DNA from: Sphingomonadaceae bacterium
GTDB taxonomy: Bacteria; Pseudomonadota; Alphaproteobacteria; Sphingomonadales; Sphingomonadaceae
Assembly: GCA_041396905.1 (NCBI GenBank)
Contig: JAWKXQ010000009.1
Coordinates: forward strand, 26,223-90,222
Length of the DNA: 64,000 bases
Direction: 5' to 3'
The notes below the pieces were generated by a model, which had not been told where the DNA came from, made no database searches, and saw only the letters and a list, made by a program, of their open reading frames with translations. The position numbers and the translations under genes were made by a program. Each line of letters starts with the position of its first letter. Within the stretch, counting starts at the first letter, position 1. Of this stretch, positions 54,014-63,141 are shown one piece after another.

Positions 54014-54076
54014 TGAGCGGGACATTCTGCAAAGACGGCTTCACAGCCAGCCCTTACTGGCGCTAAGGACTCGGCC

Positions 54077-54556
54077 ATGAACGGAAATTTCGAAATCGAC
54101 GATATTGACGTATCCATCATCGCCGAATTGCGCGAGGATGGACGGGCCAGCAACCAGCAGATCGCCAGCAAGCTCGGGCTGACGGCGGCCACAGTCTCTG
54201 CGCGGATCAAGCGGATGGAAGATGCCGATAAATTGCGCGTGGTTGCTGTGTCGGACTTCAGTGCCCATGGCTATAATCTGCTGATTCAGGTGGCAGTGGA
54301 AGTTGATGGCCGCGCCTCATCCGAAGTCGCGGCAGATCTGGCCAAGTTGCCGGAAGTCTTCGCAGTGCATCAGGTGACCGGGCGGTATGACATCGACATG
54401 CTGATCGCGGTGCGTGACTATGACGAATTGAAGCATGTGATGCTGGAGCGGCTCGCCGGGATTCGGGGGATCCGTTCCATGCTGCCTGCGATTGCGACCG
54501 CAATCCCCAAATACAAATTCGATGTTGCCCCGATAGAAGCGAGGGATGCGTCATGA
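54077..54556 (+). CDS. Lrp/AsnC-family transcriptional regulator
   Basis: 159 aa. IDDIDVSIIAELREDGRASNQQIASKLGLTAATVSARIKRME HTH followed by a RAM-like domain. Confidence 0.9.
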   Translation: MNGNFEIDDIDVSIIAELREDGRASNQQIASKLGLTAATVSARIKRMEDADKLRVVAVSDFSAHGYNLLIQVAVEVDGRASSEVAADLAKLPEVFAVHQVTGRYDIDMLIAVRDYDELKHVMLERLAGIRGIRSMLPAIATAIPKYKFDVAPIEARDAS

Positions 54557-55020
54557 GCCAGGTGCAGATTGATGAGCTGGATCGCCAGCTGATTGACATC
54601 CTGTCAAAGGATGCCCGCATCTCCAACCGCAAGATCGCGGCCGATCTGGGCGTGACCGAAGGCACTGTGCGCGGGCGCATCCGGCGGTTGCAGAATGACC
54701 GGCTGATTGCCTTCACAGCGATCACCAGCTTCGAACTGGCGGATAATACCAAGATGGCCTTTATCGGCGTGCAGGCCGACTTCGGACGTGTGAACGAGAT
54801 TGCAGACACCATTGCCAAGCTGCCCGCCATCGACGCCGTGATGATCACCATGGGCCGCTTCAACATTCAGGCATTTTGCCTGTTCAGCGAGCTGGACAGG
54901 CTGCACGAAATCGCTTCGGAAGAGATCCTTTCCATTGATGGCGTGCACCATGTGGAAAGCTCGATTGCGGTGAAGACGCTCAAATATAATGCCCGGATCG
55001 TGAAGATCACAGATAGCTGA
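54553..55020 (+). CDS. Lrp/AsnC-family transcriptional regulator (second, overlapping paralogue)
   Basis: ATGA overlap with the previous gene. IDELDRQLIDILSKDARISNRKIAADLGVTEGTVRGRIRRLQ. Confidence 0.9.
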   Translation: MSQVQIDELDRQLIDILSKDARISNRKIAADLGVTEGTVRGRIRRLQNDRLIAFTAITSFELADNTKMAFIGVQADFGRVNEIADTIAKLPAIDAVMITMGRFNIQAFCLFSELDRLHEIASEEILSIDGVHHVESSIAVKTLKYNARIVKITDS

Positions 55021-55027
55021 TCGCAAT

Positions 55028-55059
55028 TTGCGTAACGTCTAATGCAATAGATTACGCAT
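55028..55059. promoter_or_regulatory. Operator TTGCGTAA-N16-TTACGCAT (15/16) between the AsnC pair and kshA
   Basis: Read directly. Begins 8 nt after the AsnC stop, 86 nt upstream of the kshA ATG. Confidence 0.55.
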
Positions 55060-55144
55060 TGGCTGCATTGAATGCCTTGCCATCCTTGGTTTGCGATGGC
55101 ACAAGGCTCCCAATCTATGAAAACGTGGATTCGGGAGAGACGCG

Positions 55145-56224
55145 ATGGCAACCACTGCAGATTACAAGCTGGGTGAATTCACCTATCCGCGCGGCTGGTT
55201 CATGATCGGCATGTCGGGAGATGCAACCAAAACGCCGCTGGCAGTGCGTTTCTTTGGCGAAGATCTGGTTTTGTATCGCGGCGAATCCGGGCGTGCCTTT
55301 CTGGTGGAAGCCTATTGCCCGCATATGGGTACGCATCTGGCCATGAACACCACCTCTTACGTGGTGAAGGATGGCGAGCATGTGGAGGGTGATAATATTC
55401 GCTGCCCCTATCATGGCTGGCGGTTTGGGCCGGATGGCAGCTGCAACGACATCCCCTATTCCCCCGCATCGCCGCCCAAGCGGGCTTGCCTGAAGACATT
55501 CCCGCTGACCGAACGGGCCGGGGCGCTGTGGGCATGGTATGACGCCGAAGGGGGCGAGCCGGATTACGAACTGCCTGAATTTGAAGGCTATGGCGAAGAT
55601 GCCTGGGTCAACTGGACTCTGTCCTGTCTGGGTGAGTTGGACAGCCATCCGCAGGAAGTGGTCGATAATATTGCTGACAAGGGGCATCTCACCCCCGTCC
55701 ATGGCTCGATCAATATGGAATTGTTCGAGAACGAATTTGAAGACCATATCAGCCGCCAGATCCTGTCTGCCGGGCACAAGACGCTGGCTGCCGATGGTGG
55801 CGAGCCGATGACCAATTACACCTGGTACACTGGCCCCGGCATACTGCAGTCCAAAATGGTGGGTGAATTCCCCTCGCTGATGCTGATCGCGCATACGCCG
55901 ATCGAGGATGGCCGGGTGAAGGTGTGGTACGGCCTCAGCGTCAAGGTTGCGAATGACAAACCGACCGAGGAAGATGTCGCGACGGCCAAGCAGTATGAGC
56001 AGGCCGGGATCGAGGCCTTTGCGCAAGATTTCGAGATCTGGGCAAACAAGCGCCCTTGTCTCAATCCGATGATGGTGAAAGGCGATGGCCCGTTCGACAA
56101 GGTGCGCATCTGGTATCGCCAGTTCTTCAACCCTCGGGCGCGGGCAGGCGAGTTCCAGAGCCGCGTCAATGGCCGCTACGTGATTCAGGGCACCAATCGC
56201 GACCCATGGGATGAGGTTGCCTGA
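55145..56224 (+). CDS. kshA: 3-ketosteroid 9alpha-hydroxylase oxygenase-like Rieske protein
   Basis: 359 aa. YPRGWFMIG, CPHMGTH...CPYHGWRF Rieske motif, DNIADKGHLTPVHG iron motif. Collinear with the remembered KshA. Confidence 0.7.
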   Translation: MATTADYKLGEFTYPRGWFMIGMSGDATKTPLAVRFFGEDLVLYRGESGRAFLVEAYCPHMGTHLAMNTTSYVVKDGEHVEGDNIRCPYHGWRFGPDGSCNDIPYSPASPPKRACLKTFPLTERAGALWAWYDAEGGEPDYELPEFEGYGEDAWVNWTLSCLGELDSHPQEVVDNIADKGHLTPVHGSINMELFENEFEDHISRQILSAGHKTLAADGGEPMTNYTWYTGPGILQSKMVGEFPSLMLIAHTPIEDGRVKVWYGLSVKVANDKPTEEDVATAKQYEQAGIEAFAQDFEIWANKRPCLNPMMVKGDGPFDKVRIWYRQFFNPRARAGEFQSRVNGRYVIQGTNRDPWDEVA

Positions 56225-56240
56225 ATCCGGCATCCTGTGG

Positions 56241-56257
56241 CATTTCAGTTACGCAAA
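56241..56257. promoter_or_regulatory. Orphan operator half-site; a 17-mer CATTTCAGTTACGCAAA identical to 42145-42161
   Basis: Exact 17-nt identity read directly. No matching left half at the expected -24 position. Followed by TTGCGTTT-N14-ATGCGCAA (56266-56295). Confidence 0.35.
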
Positions 56258-56364
56258 ACTGCATTTGCGTTTTGCAATTCCTTTTAAATGCGCAATTCAG
56301 ATTGACTTTCGTTACGATTTTGTCGAATGACCGTTGGCAATAAACGGTTTCATGGGAGGAGAGC

Positions 56365-58914
56365 ATGGCCAAGATGGGCAATATTTCTCGTTTTCTGCTG
56401 GGCGGTAGCCTGGTCGCACTGACTGCAACCCCTGCTTTTGCTGAAGATGCGGAAAGCAATGATGGTGTCATCATTGTTACCGCTCAAAAGCGTGAGCAGA
56501 ACCTTCAGGAAGTTCCTCTGGCTATCTCTGCGATTGGGTCTGAGAAGTTGGATCAGTTGCAGGTTAAGGATACGCTGGACATTAGCGGCTTGGCCCCCAA
56601 CGTCACAGCGGTCGGGGGTACAACCAGCCTCGGTGCTTCGATAATCTCGATTCGCGGCCTGACATCGGGTGGTTCTATTGATTTCAGTCTTGATGCTGCC
56701 AATGCAGTTTATCTCGACGGAATCTACATTGCGCGTAACGGCGCGGCCGGACTGGATGTTGCCGAAATCGAGCGCGTCGAGGTGCTTCGTGGTCCGCAAG
56801 GTACATTGTTCGGGCGCAACACCACCGGTGGTGCCATTTCCTTTATTTCCAAAAAGCCCAGCAACGAATTCGGCGTACGTGCCGAAGTGGGGTATGGGAA
56901 TTACAATGCGTTGTCTGGCAAAATTGTCATCGATACCGGCGAGATCGTGGATGGCCTAAAAGCCACTTTTTCCTATTCGCACCGTGAGCGGGATGGCTTT
57001 ATCGACAACTTGCTTGAGCCGCGCGATTCTCGCGATCCTGGGGCGCGCAAATCGGACGGGTTCCGCGTAGCTCTCCGGTATGAGCCGACTGATACGGGCT
57101 ATTTCCAGTACATTTTCGACTGGTCGAAAATCACCGGTAATCCCAATGCTTTTCAGCTGACCAATGTCGCTGACGGCACGCCGCGACCACCTGTCAATGT
57201 CGGCGGAATTGACGTGGTACAAACCCAACAAACCTCTGTAGCTCAATATCTTGCCGGCGCCACTTCTCTCGAACCGCAATGTGCGGCGCTCAATATCCCT
57301 ACCCGTGAGTACCGGGATGCGGTCTGTCACAATAGTGCGGGCGGAGCGATGGACAAGATGTGGGGGCACAACTTTCAGGTCGGCAATGACTTTGGCGACT
57401 TCGGGGTGAAGCTTACCGCCGGTTACCGTAGCTGGGATAGCGCTGACTATGGTAGTGACCTCGACGGCATCGGGACCATTCAGGGGTCACTGTTTTCTCA
57501 GGCGACCCTCTTCAATGGCTTTGCCGGTACGCCGGCAGCCGGGTTCTTGCCCTTTGTGTTTCCAGCTGGAACGCCGCAGACAGTCATTGATTTTGTCGCC
57601 AACTCCCCGGTTCCGACGACGAGTCAGGACTTGTTCTACACAACGGCAGAACGCACGCATGACCAGTTCAGCACCGAACTGGAGATTTCCGGAGATACGG
57701 ACAGTTTAGACTGGGTATTGGGCGGTTTCTATTTTTGGGAAAAGGGGAGCGTGGACAATCCGCAGACAAGCGGATTTGTTCTAGATACCAATGCAGCTGT
57801 GTTCAGCCAGTTTGGCCCACTCTCACCCGTATTCCAGGGTTCCAATCCGGCTCAGTATCGCCTCGTCGTTACTCCAGCCGTCCTGAACTATACTGCTGGT
57901 GGAGAATCGACTGCAATATATGGCCAGGCAACAGTCTATCCCGGTGGCAGAGATAGCGGCCTGAGCCTGACGGCCGGTGGACGTTATACTTGGGACAGCA
58001 AGTCGATCACCAGGTTTCAAAACGGAGCTGCTCCTTTGGCAACGCCAGAGCGAGGTGATGCCAGTTTCAGCAAGTTCACATGGAACCTGATGGGGCGCTA
58101 TGAGCTTTCTCAGGATGTAAGTGTCTATGCTCGCGTGGCAACTGGCTATCGTTCGGGTGGTTTCAATGCTTCCGGGCCGGTCGTTGCCGGGACGTCGCAG
58201 ATCGACTCTTTTGGCGCAGAATCGTTGATCTCCTATGAAATCGGGCTCAAATCGCAGCTGTTTAACCGTAGGTTGCGGTTGAATATTGCGGGCTATCGCA
58301 ATGTGTATGACGACCTGGCGATCACCCAGCCAGTGTTGACCGGCACAGGAACCTTCCAGACCCAGATCGTCAATGCTGGTAAAGTCGAATATACGGGCGT
58401 AGAGGCTGATTTCGTTGCCATGATCGGCGATGTCTTCTCGATCGACGGCTCCGTTGGTTATGTCGATGTGAAGTATAAGAGTTTTGTCGCTGGTCAGCCG
58501 GTTAATCCAGCTGATCCGGTTGTGAACATCGCCGAATTCTCGCGCGCTGGCTACACATCACCGTTCACGGCGAACCTTGCGTTGAATGCGGTATTCCCGA
58601 TTGGCAACAATGGCATGGAGTTGCGTGCGCGGGTTGGCTTTACGCACGAAGATGGAAAATACAGCTTCAACAACTCCATCAGCTCGCCATTCAACGACCA
58701 AATCAAGGGTGAGGACGCCGATCTGGTCGATGCGCAAATCGTGCTAGACAAGATTCCTCTCGGCGGCAGCGAAGCCAGGATCATGATTTGGGGCAAAAAC
58801 CTGACAAATGATCATAATTTGGTTCGCGGGATCGATTTTGGTCCGCTCGGCTATGCTGGTGGATATTTCAATGACCCGCGTACTTTCGGGGCTACCATCG
58901 GGTTCAAATATTGA
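56365..58914 (+). CDS. TonB-dependent outer-membrane receptor (second paralogue, lower GC)
   Basis: GGGAGGAGAGC SD. Signal peptide ...ATPAFAEDA, plug GVIIVTAQKREQNLQEVPLAISA, C-terminal ...IGFKY. Confidence 0.95.
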   Translation: MAKMGNISRFLLGGSLVALTATPAFAEDAESNDGVIIVTAQKREQNLQEVPLAISAIGSEKLDQLQVKDTLDISGLAPNVTAVGGTTSLGASIISIRGLTSGGSIDFSLDAANAVYLDGIYIARNGAAGLDVAEIERVEVLRGPQGTLFGRNTTGGAISFISKKPSNEFGVRAEVGYGNYNALSGKIVIDTGEIVDGLKATFSYSHRERDGFIDNLLEPRDSRDPGARKSDGFRVALRYEPTDTGYFQYIFDWSKITGNPNAFQLTNVADGTPRPPVNVGGIDVVQTQQTSVAQYLAGATSLEPQCAALNIPTREYRDAVCHNSAGGAMDKMWGHNFQVGNDFGDFGVKLTAGYRSWDSADYGSDLDGIGTIQGSLFSQATLFNGFAGTPAAGFLPFVFPAGTPQTVIDFVANSPVPTTSQDLFYTTAERTHDQFSTELEISGDTDSLDWVLGGFYFWEKGSVDNPQTSGFVLDTNAAVFSQFGPLSPVFQGSNPAQYRLVVTPAVLNYTAGGESTAIYGQATVYPGGRDSGLSLTAGGRYTWDSKSITRFQNGAAPLATPERGDASFSKFTWNLMGRYELSQDVSVYARVATGYRSGGFNASGPVVAGTSQIDSFGAESLISYEIGLKSQLFNRRLRLNIAGYRNVYDDLAITQPVLTGTGTFQTQIVNAGKVEYTGVEADFVAMIGDVFSIDGSVGYVDVKYKSFVAGQPVNPADPVVNIAEFSRAGYTSPFTANLALNAVFPIGNNGMELRARVGFTHEDGKYSFNNSISSPFNDQIKGEDADLVDAQIVLDKIPLGGSEARIMIWGKNLTNDHNLVRGIDFGPLGYAGGYFNDPRTFGATIGFKY

Positions 58915-58938
58915 ACTTCAGGCATCACTAACTGGGAT

Positions 58939-58968
58939 GGGCGGATCTAGCCACAATTAGATCCGCCC
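58939..58968 (+). terminator. Stem-loop GGGCGGATCTA-N8-TAGATCCGCCC downstream of the receptor gene (no clear U-tract)
   Basis: 11-bp perfect stem read directly, 25 nt after the stop codon. Confidence 0.45.
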
Positions 58969-59032
58969 GTCCTAGCAGTCCGATTAATTGCGCATGATGC
59001 CTTCCGCCCAAAACTAGGCATGGAGATCAGGA

Positions 59033-60460
59033 ATGCTTCGTTCGCTTCTTACTTTCGCACTGCTGTTTAGCGCGAGTTCAGCCTTCGCGGAAAGCCCAAT
59101 TGAACCCAATGCGGATGATGTACTGCTCAAACAGGGGCGTACGCTCATTGTAAGAGAGCATCCCGATGTTATTCGCAACGTATTCCGTAATGATGGTTTT
59201 GGCGGGCCTTCCAGCCCGATGATTGCACGCAGGATGCTCTCGGATGCGCCGGAACTGGTGGCTGAGGCACGGGCCAAAATGTCCATCGAGCCACAAGGCG
59301 ATGGGCTGTGGCTGTTGCGCTTTCCCTATGTCAACGTAGCGTTGGTCGAAACGCAAGATGGGGTTGTGGTATTTGATGCTGGCTATGCATCCATAGGGCC
59401 GGTGTTGGTGGAGGTAATCCCGACCCTTACCAAAAAGCCTGTGACGCATGTCGTCGTCAGCCATATTCACAACGATCATGCCTATGGTTGGAATGCGTTA
59501 AAGCGTCGCTGGCCGGATTTGAAAACCATCACCAGTGACCTGTTTCCGGCGATGGCTGAGAAAGAGGTTCGCTTGGGCGGCAGCATCGGCAGGCTGAACA
59601 ATCAGGAAATCGAAACCTGGCCGACATCGCCTAGCCGGCTACCGCAGCCCGACATCGTATTTCACGATCATCTCTCGCTCATGATCGGTGGCGAACAATT
59701 TGATTTCTTCCATGCCCCTGCAGAGACCGAGGAACAGATCTGGATGTCGGTACCTGGCAAGGGGGCGGTATTTGCGGCTGATTACTATCAGGGTTTTCTG
59801 CCCAACGCTGGCAATGGCAAGCGCATTATGCGCCATATCGACGAGTGGGCGGCGGCACTGCGGGCTATGGTTGCCCTGAAGCCAACGATCCTTATGCCGG
59901 CCCATGGTCCGGCCATTTCAGATTCCAAGGAAATCTCAGATAATCTGTCGATTACTGCAGAGGCCCTTGAGTATATTTCTGAAGAGACAATCCGGCGCCT
60001 TAATGATGGTGAAAAGCGCGATGAAATAGCCGCGAATTTCATATGGCCCGAGCGATTTGCCAGCTCCCCGCTTCTTGACCAGCAATATAACCGTCCGGAA
60101 GATATTTCGCGCATGGTTTCGCGGCGTTGGACCGGTTGGTGGGACGGTGTTCCGTCACATTTTTCCGCAATGAGCTTTCAGAAGGAAGCTGCAGAAGCAC
60201 TTTCACTTGCGGGCGGTCTGGATGCTGTCGATCGGCGGGCGCGCGAACTCTTGCCGACCAATCCTCGCCTTGCTGCGAGGCTCGCTGACTGGGCCTATTT
60301 CGGGGCTCCAGGAGAAGAGAAGGCATTGCGTCTGACAGTTGACGTTTATGTAGCAAGACTGGCTGAAGCAGGAATGCCTCTGCAGGAATCGACTGTCTAT
60401 CTCGATCATGCCGCACGCGCACGGGCTCAGCTAGAATTGCTCGAATGCGGGCCCAAATAG
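59033..60460 (+). CDS. Secreted MBL-fold type III (alkyl) sulfatase-like hydrolase lacking the SCP2-like C-terminal domain
   Basis: Sec signal MLRSLLTFALLFSASSAFA. HIHNDH zinc motif. APAETEEQIW...RHIDEWAAALRAMV...MPAHGP and WTGWWDGVP parallel the remembered SdsA1 MBL and dimerisation domains. Only 475 aa. Confidence 0.65.
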   Translation: MLRSLLTFALLFSASSAFAESPIEPNADDVLLKQGRTLIVREHPDVIRNVFRNDGFGGPSSPMIARRMLSDAPELVAEARAKMSIEPQGDGLWLLRFPYVNVALVETQDGVVVFDAGYASIGPVLVEVIPTLTKKPVTHVVVSHIHNDHAYGWNALKRRWPDLKTITSDLFPAMAEKEVRLGGSIGRLNNQEIETWPTSPSRLPQPDIVFHDHLSLMIGGEQFDFFHAPAETEEQIWMSVPGKGAVFAADYYQGFLPNAGNGKRIMRHIDEWAAALRAMVALKPTILMPAHGPAISDSKEISDNLSITAEALEYISEETIRRLNDGEKRDEIAANFIWPERFASSPLLDQQYNRPEDISRMVSRRWTGWWDGVPSHFSAMSFQKEAAEALSLAGGLDAVDRRARELLPTNPRLAARLADWAYFGAPGEEKALRLTVDVYVARLAEAGMPLQESTVYLDHAARARAQLELLECGPK

Positions 60461-60496
60461 GCGCGGTGTGTTGTTCTTGAGTGCTGGCGAAGGCAC

Positions 60497-62305
60497 ATGT
60501 CCGGGACGAATTGGCAAATCCGTTTGAGTGCCGGGACTGGAGTGTCAAGCAGTAAAGAGAGGACCTGCAGAATCGTGGCCTACCGATTGCTAACCTTCGC
60601 GGCCATCCTAGGCATCGGAATTGTGCCTGGAGCATATGCAAATGCGCCCACCCGCAATCCATACCTTGCGGATAGTCCCAATAATCAAAGCCATTGGAAT
60701 GATGCGGCGACTGACAGCACTGATGCCGCTGTGCCAACAGGCCATTATTGTATGCAGCCGGGCGGTTTCGCGATTGCCTATGCTGACACGCTGGGAATAC
60801 CAGCTTACGGCGCAGACGTGGCAGGCCGGAAAGTCTACTGGTTTTTCTCCGGGACCGCGCTCCGCAAGCTGATGTTCGAGGATGGCGACTGGGTGGAGGT
60901 TGCCCGCCAGCCTATCCGCATGACGCTTCCAGATTATCGCCCTTTATCCAGATCGAAGCGCGAATGGCAGGCTCTCGAGCTGAATGGCTTGCTCAAGAAG
61001 GGTGATGAAGCAGCCATCGCTTCATTCGTGACAGCCCAGCCCAACCGGCTTCAATTTGCCGTGGAAGATCAGGTTGGCCAAGGTGTGCTCTATTCGCTAT
61101 TCACCCGCGATAACGGTTTCCTCGGCGCCAATGCACGAGGGCTCGTAAGGATCGACAACATAGACCCTGCGGACCCCCAATCGGGTCTTGCACCGGCGTT
61201 GCAAACAGTCTTGCCCGATGAATTGTTCGACAATGCAAAAGTAGCGGCGGGCACATTCTTTCCGGCTGACAGCGTCTTTGGTCTTGGAATGACATTCAAT
61301 GGCTATGTCGTTGTCAGTACTCTGGGCGGACGCGTAGTGACAGTTGACCGAGAGACTCTCGCACCCGTCGACAGCTACCTTGCGCAGGAAGGAGAATTGT
61401 TCACCAACGGTTTTGCCACCAGCAACGAGCTCTCCGGGGGGGCCGTTTACATCGCATCAAACAGGCGGATGTATCGCCTCGCGGTCGATGAACAGGGTGG
61501 TATTCATGACAGCCCGGAATACGGGGCTTGGTCAGCAATATATGATCCCGGCGAGCGGCTGCCAACTGGCAAGATAGCTGACGGGACGGGTTCGACCCCC
61601 ACACTGATGGGGTTTGCCGCTGATGACGACAAACTTGTCGTACTGACCGACGGTGCCCGGAAGATGCGTCTTGTGGCATTCTGGCGTGATGCGATTCCAC
61701 AAGGATGGAAAGTACGTGTCGGTATGCCTTCACGGCGCATCGCCGATCAGGTAGAAGTGGATTTCGGTCCCGATTATCCGGTCGTCCAGTCTGAACAGTC
61801 GGTTGTTGCGGAAGCGGGATATGCCTTCGTCGTGAACAGCATGCTGTCCGGCGGAAGCAAACCAATGCCCGCAAAAGGGGCGTTTATTCGCGGCCTGCTG
61901 GCAGGAACAGTTCGCCCTCTGCCCAAGGGGGCAGCCATGTATCATTGGAATCAGCGGCGAGATCGTTGGGAACTGCAATGGCAACGGACCGATATCGGTA
62001 CGATTGCGACTGTGCCAATGTTATCCAAGGGGAGTAGCATGGTGATCCTCAACGGTACGCTGGATGGGCATCCCGGTCGTCTTTACCATCTCGGACTGGA
62101 TCTCGAAAACGGTGCGTTGAAGATGTCGATAGAGACTGGAACTGATCCTCGTTTCAACGGGGCTTTTACCGGTATCAAGTCGGATGATGATGGCAGCCTT
62201 ATGTATACAACGATGTTCGGTCTTGTCAGATATGATACCAACCGGATGCAGCGGATTGCATCTCCTGAAGGCAGCGAGGATGATACATCCTGCCGCCTCC
62301 CATAG
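60497..62305 (+). CDS. Hypothetical secreted protein, no recognisable family
   Basis: 602-aa ORF with an SD (GAAGG). Hydrophobic leader LLTFAAILGIGIVPGAYA-NAP after a long N-region (an internal GTG about 60572 is also possible). Rich in beta-strand-like G/V/Y/T repeats. Confidence 0.6.
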   Translation: MSGTNWQIRLSAGTGVSSSKERTCRIVAYRLLTFAAILGIGIVPGAYANAPTRNPYLADSPNNQSHWNDAATDSTDAAVPTGHYCMQPGGFAIAYADTLGIPAYGADVAGRKVYWFFSGTALRKLMFEDGDWVEVARQPIRMTLPDYRPLSRSKREWQALELNGLLKKGDEAAIASFVTAQPNRLQFAVEDQVGQGVLYSLFTRDNGFLGANARGLVRIDNIDPADPQSGLAPALQTVLPDELFDNAKVAAGTFFPADSVFGLGMTFNGYVVVSTLGGRVVTVDRETLAPVDSYLAQEGELFTNGFATSNELSGGAVYIASNRRMYRLAVDEQGGIHDSPEYGAWSAIYDPGERLPTGKIADGTGSTPTLMGFAADDDKLVVLTDGARKMRLVAFWRDAIPQGWKVRVGMPSRRIADQVEVDFGPDYPVVQSEQSVVAEAGYAFVVNSMLSGGSKPMPAKGAFIRGLLAGTVRPLPKGAAMYHWNQRRDRWELQWQRTDIGTIATVPMLSKGSSMVILNGTLDGHPGRLYHLGLDLENGALKMSIETGTDPRFNGAFTGIKSDDDGSLMYTTMFGLVRYDTNRMQRIASPEGSEDDTSCRLP

Positions 62306-62307
62306 GT

Positions 62308-63060
62308 TCAAATAGCCGTCGCCCCGCCATCCACCACCAGCGGGTGGCCGGTTACGAAGCTGGCCTGATCCGAACAGAGCCACAACACCGCACTGGCCAT
62401 TTCTTCTGGCTTAGCCATGCGGCCCATCGGCGTCATCGCTTCCATCGCGGCCCGATATTGCGGGATTTTAGCAATTTGTTCCACCATCGGCGTATCGACC
62501 ACGCCGGGGCAGATTGCGTTCACGCGGATGCCTTCCTTGGCATAGCGGAGCGCAGCAGAGCGGGTAATGCCCACCACGCCATGCTTGCTGGCGACATAGG
62601 CGGGCTGGCTGGGATTGCCGACCAGACCGTTGACAGAGGCCGTGTTGACGATGGCCCCACCGCCGCGTTCCAGCATGGCGGCAATTTCTGCGCGCATGCA
62701 GAACATGATCGAATCGAGGTTCACATGAATCGACAAGCTCCAGTCATCCGTGGTCCATTCATCGCTGCCGGGGCGGTTGATCCCGGCATTGTTATGCGCA
62801 AAATCCAGCCCGCCAAACTGCGCCAGCGTGGCGGAAATCAGCGCATCAACTTCGGCTTCATTGGACACGTCGCAGCGCTGATAGGCGGCATTTCCGCCTG
62901 CCTGTTCGATCAGCGCGACCGTTTCCGCGCCTTTTTCGTCCTGCACATCGGACACCATCACGCTGGCCCCCGATGCAGCAAAGGCGAGGGCGCTGGCCCG
63001 GCCAATCCCGCCGCTTGCCCCTGTTACCAGGGCAACCTTGCCCTCAAAGCCGTAATTCAT
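62308..63060 (-). CDS. SDR-family oxidoreductase
   Basis: Start trimmed to MNYGFEGKVALVTGASGGIGRASA after GGAGGATGTG. NNAGI, YVASKHG. Confidence 0.9.
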   Translation of the reverse strand: MNYGFEGKVALVTGASGGIGRASALAFAASGASVMVSDVQDEKGAETVALIEQAGGNAAYQRCDVSNEAEVDALISATLAQFGGLDFAHNNAGINRPGSDEWTTDDWSLSIHVNLDSIMFCMRAEIAAMLERGGGAIVNTASVNGLVGNPSQPAYVASKHGVVGITRSAALRYAKEGIRVNAICPGVVDTPMVEQIAKIPQYRAAMEAMTPMGRMAKPEEMASAVLWLCSDQASFVTGHPLVVDGGATAI

Positions 63061-63072
63061 CACATCCTCCAT

Positions 63073-63104
63073 TTGCGTAATCTATCTGTATCCCTATAAC
63101 GCAT
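63073..63104. promoter_or_regulatory. Operator-like site TTGCGTAA-N16-TAACGCAT (14/16) in the divergent SDR/OYE promoter region
   Basis: Read directly. 13 nt from the SDR ATG and 38 nt from the OYE ATG. Confidence 0.5.
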
Positions 63105-63141
63105 AGCATGATTTATCCGACATAAAACCTGCGAGATTCGT

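Noticed and set aside
56266-56295. TTGCGTTT-N14-ATGCGCAA upstream of the second TonB receptor as a full operator
   Set aside because: Only 12/16 matches, and the spacer is 14 nt rather than 16. It is kept as a note under the orphan half-site feature, not called as a site.
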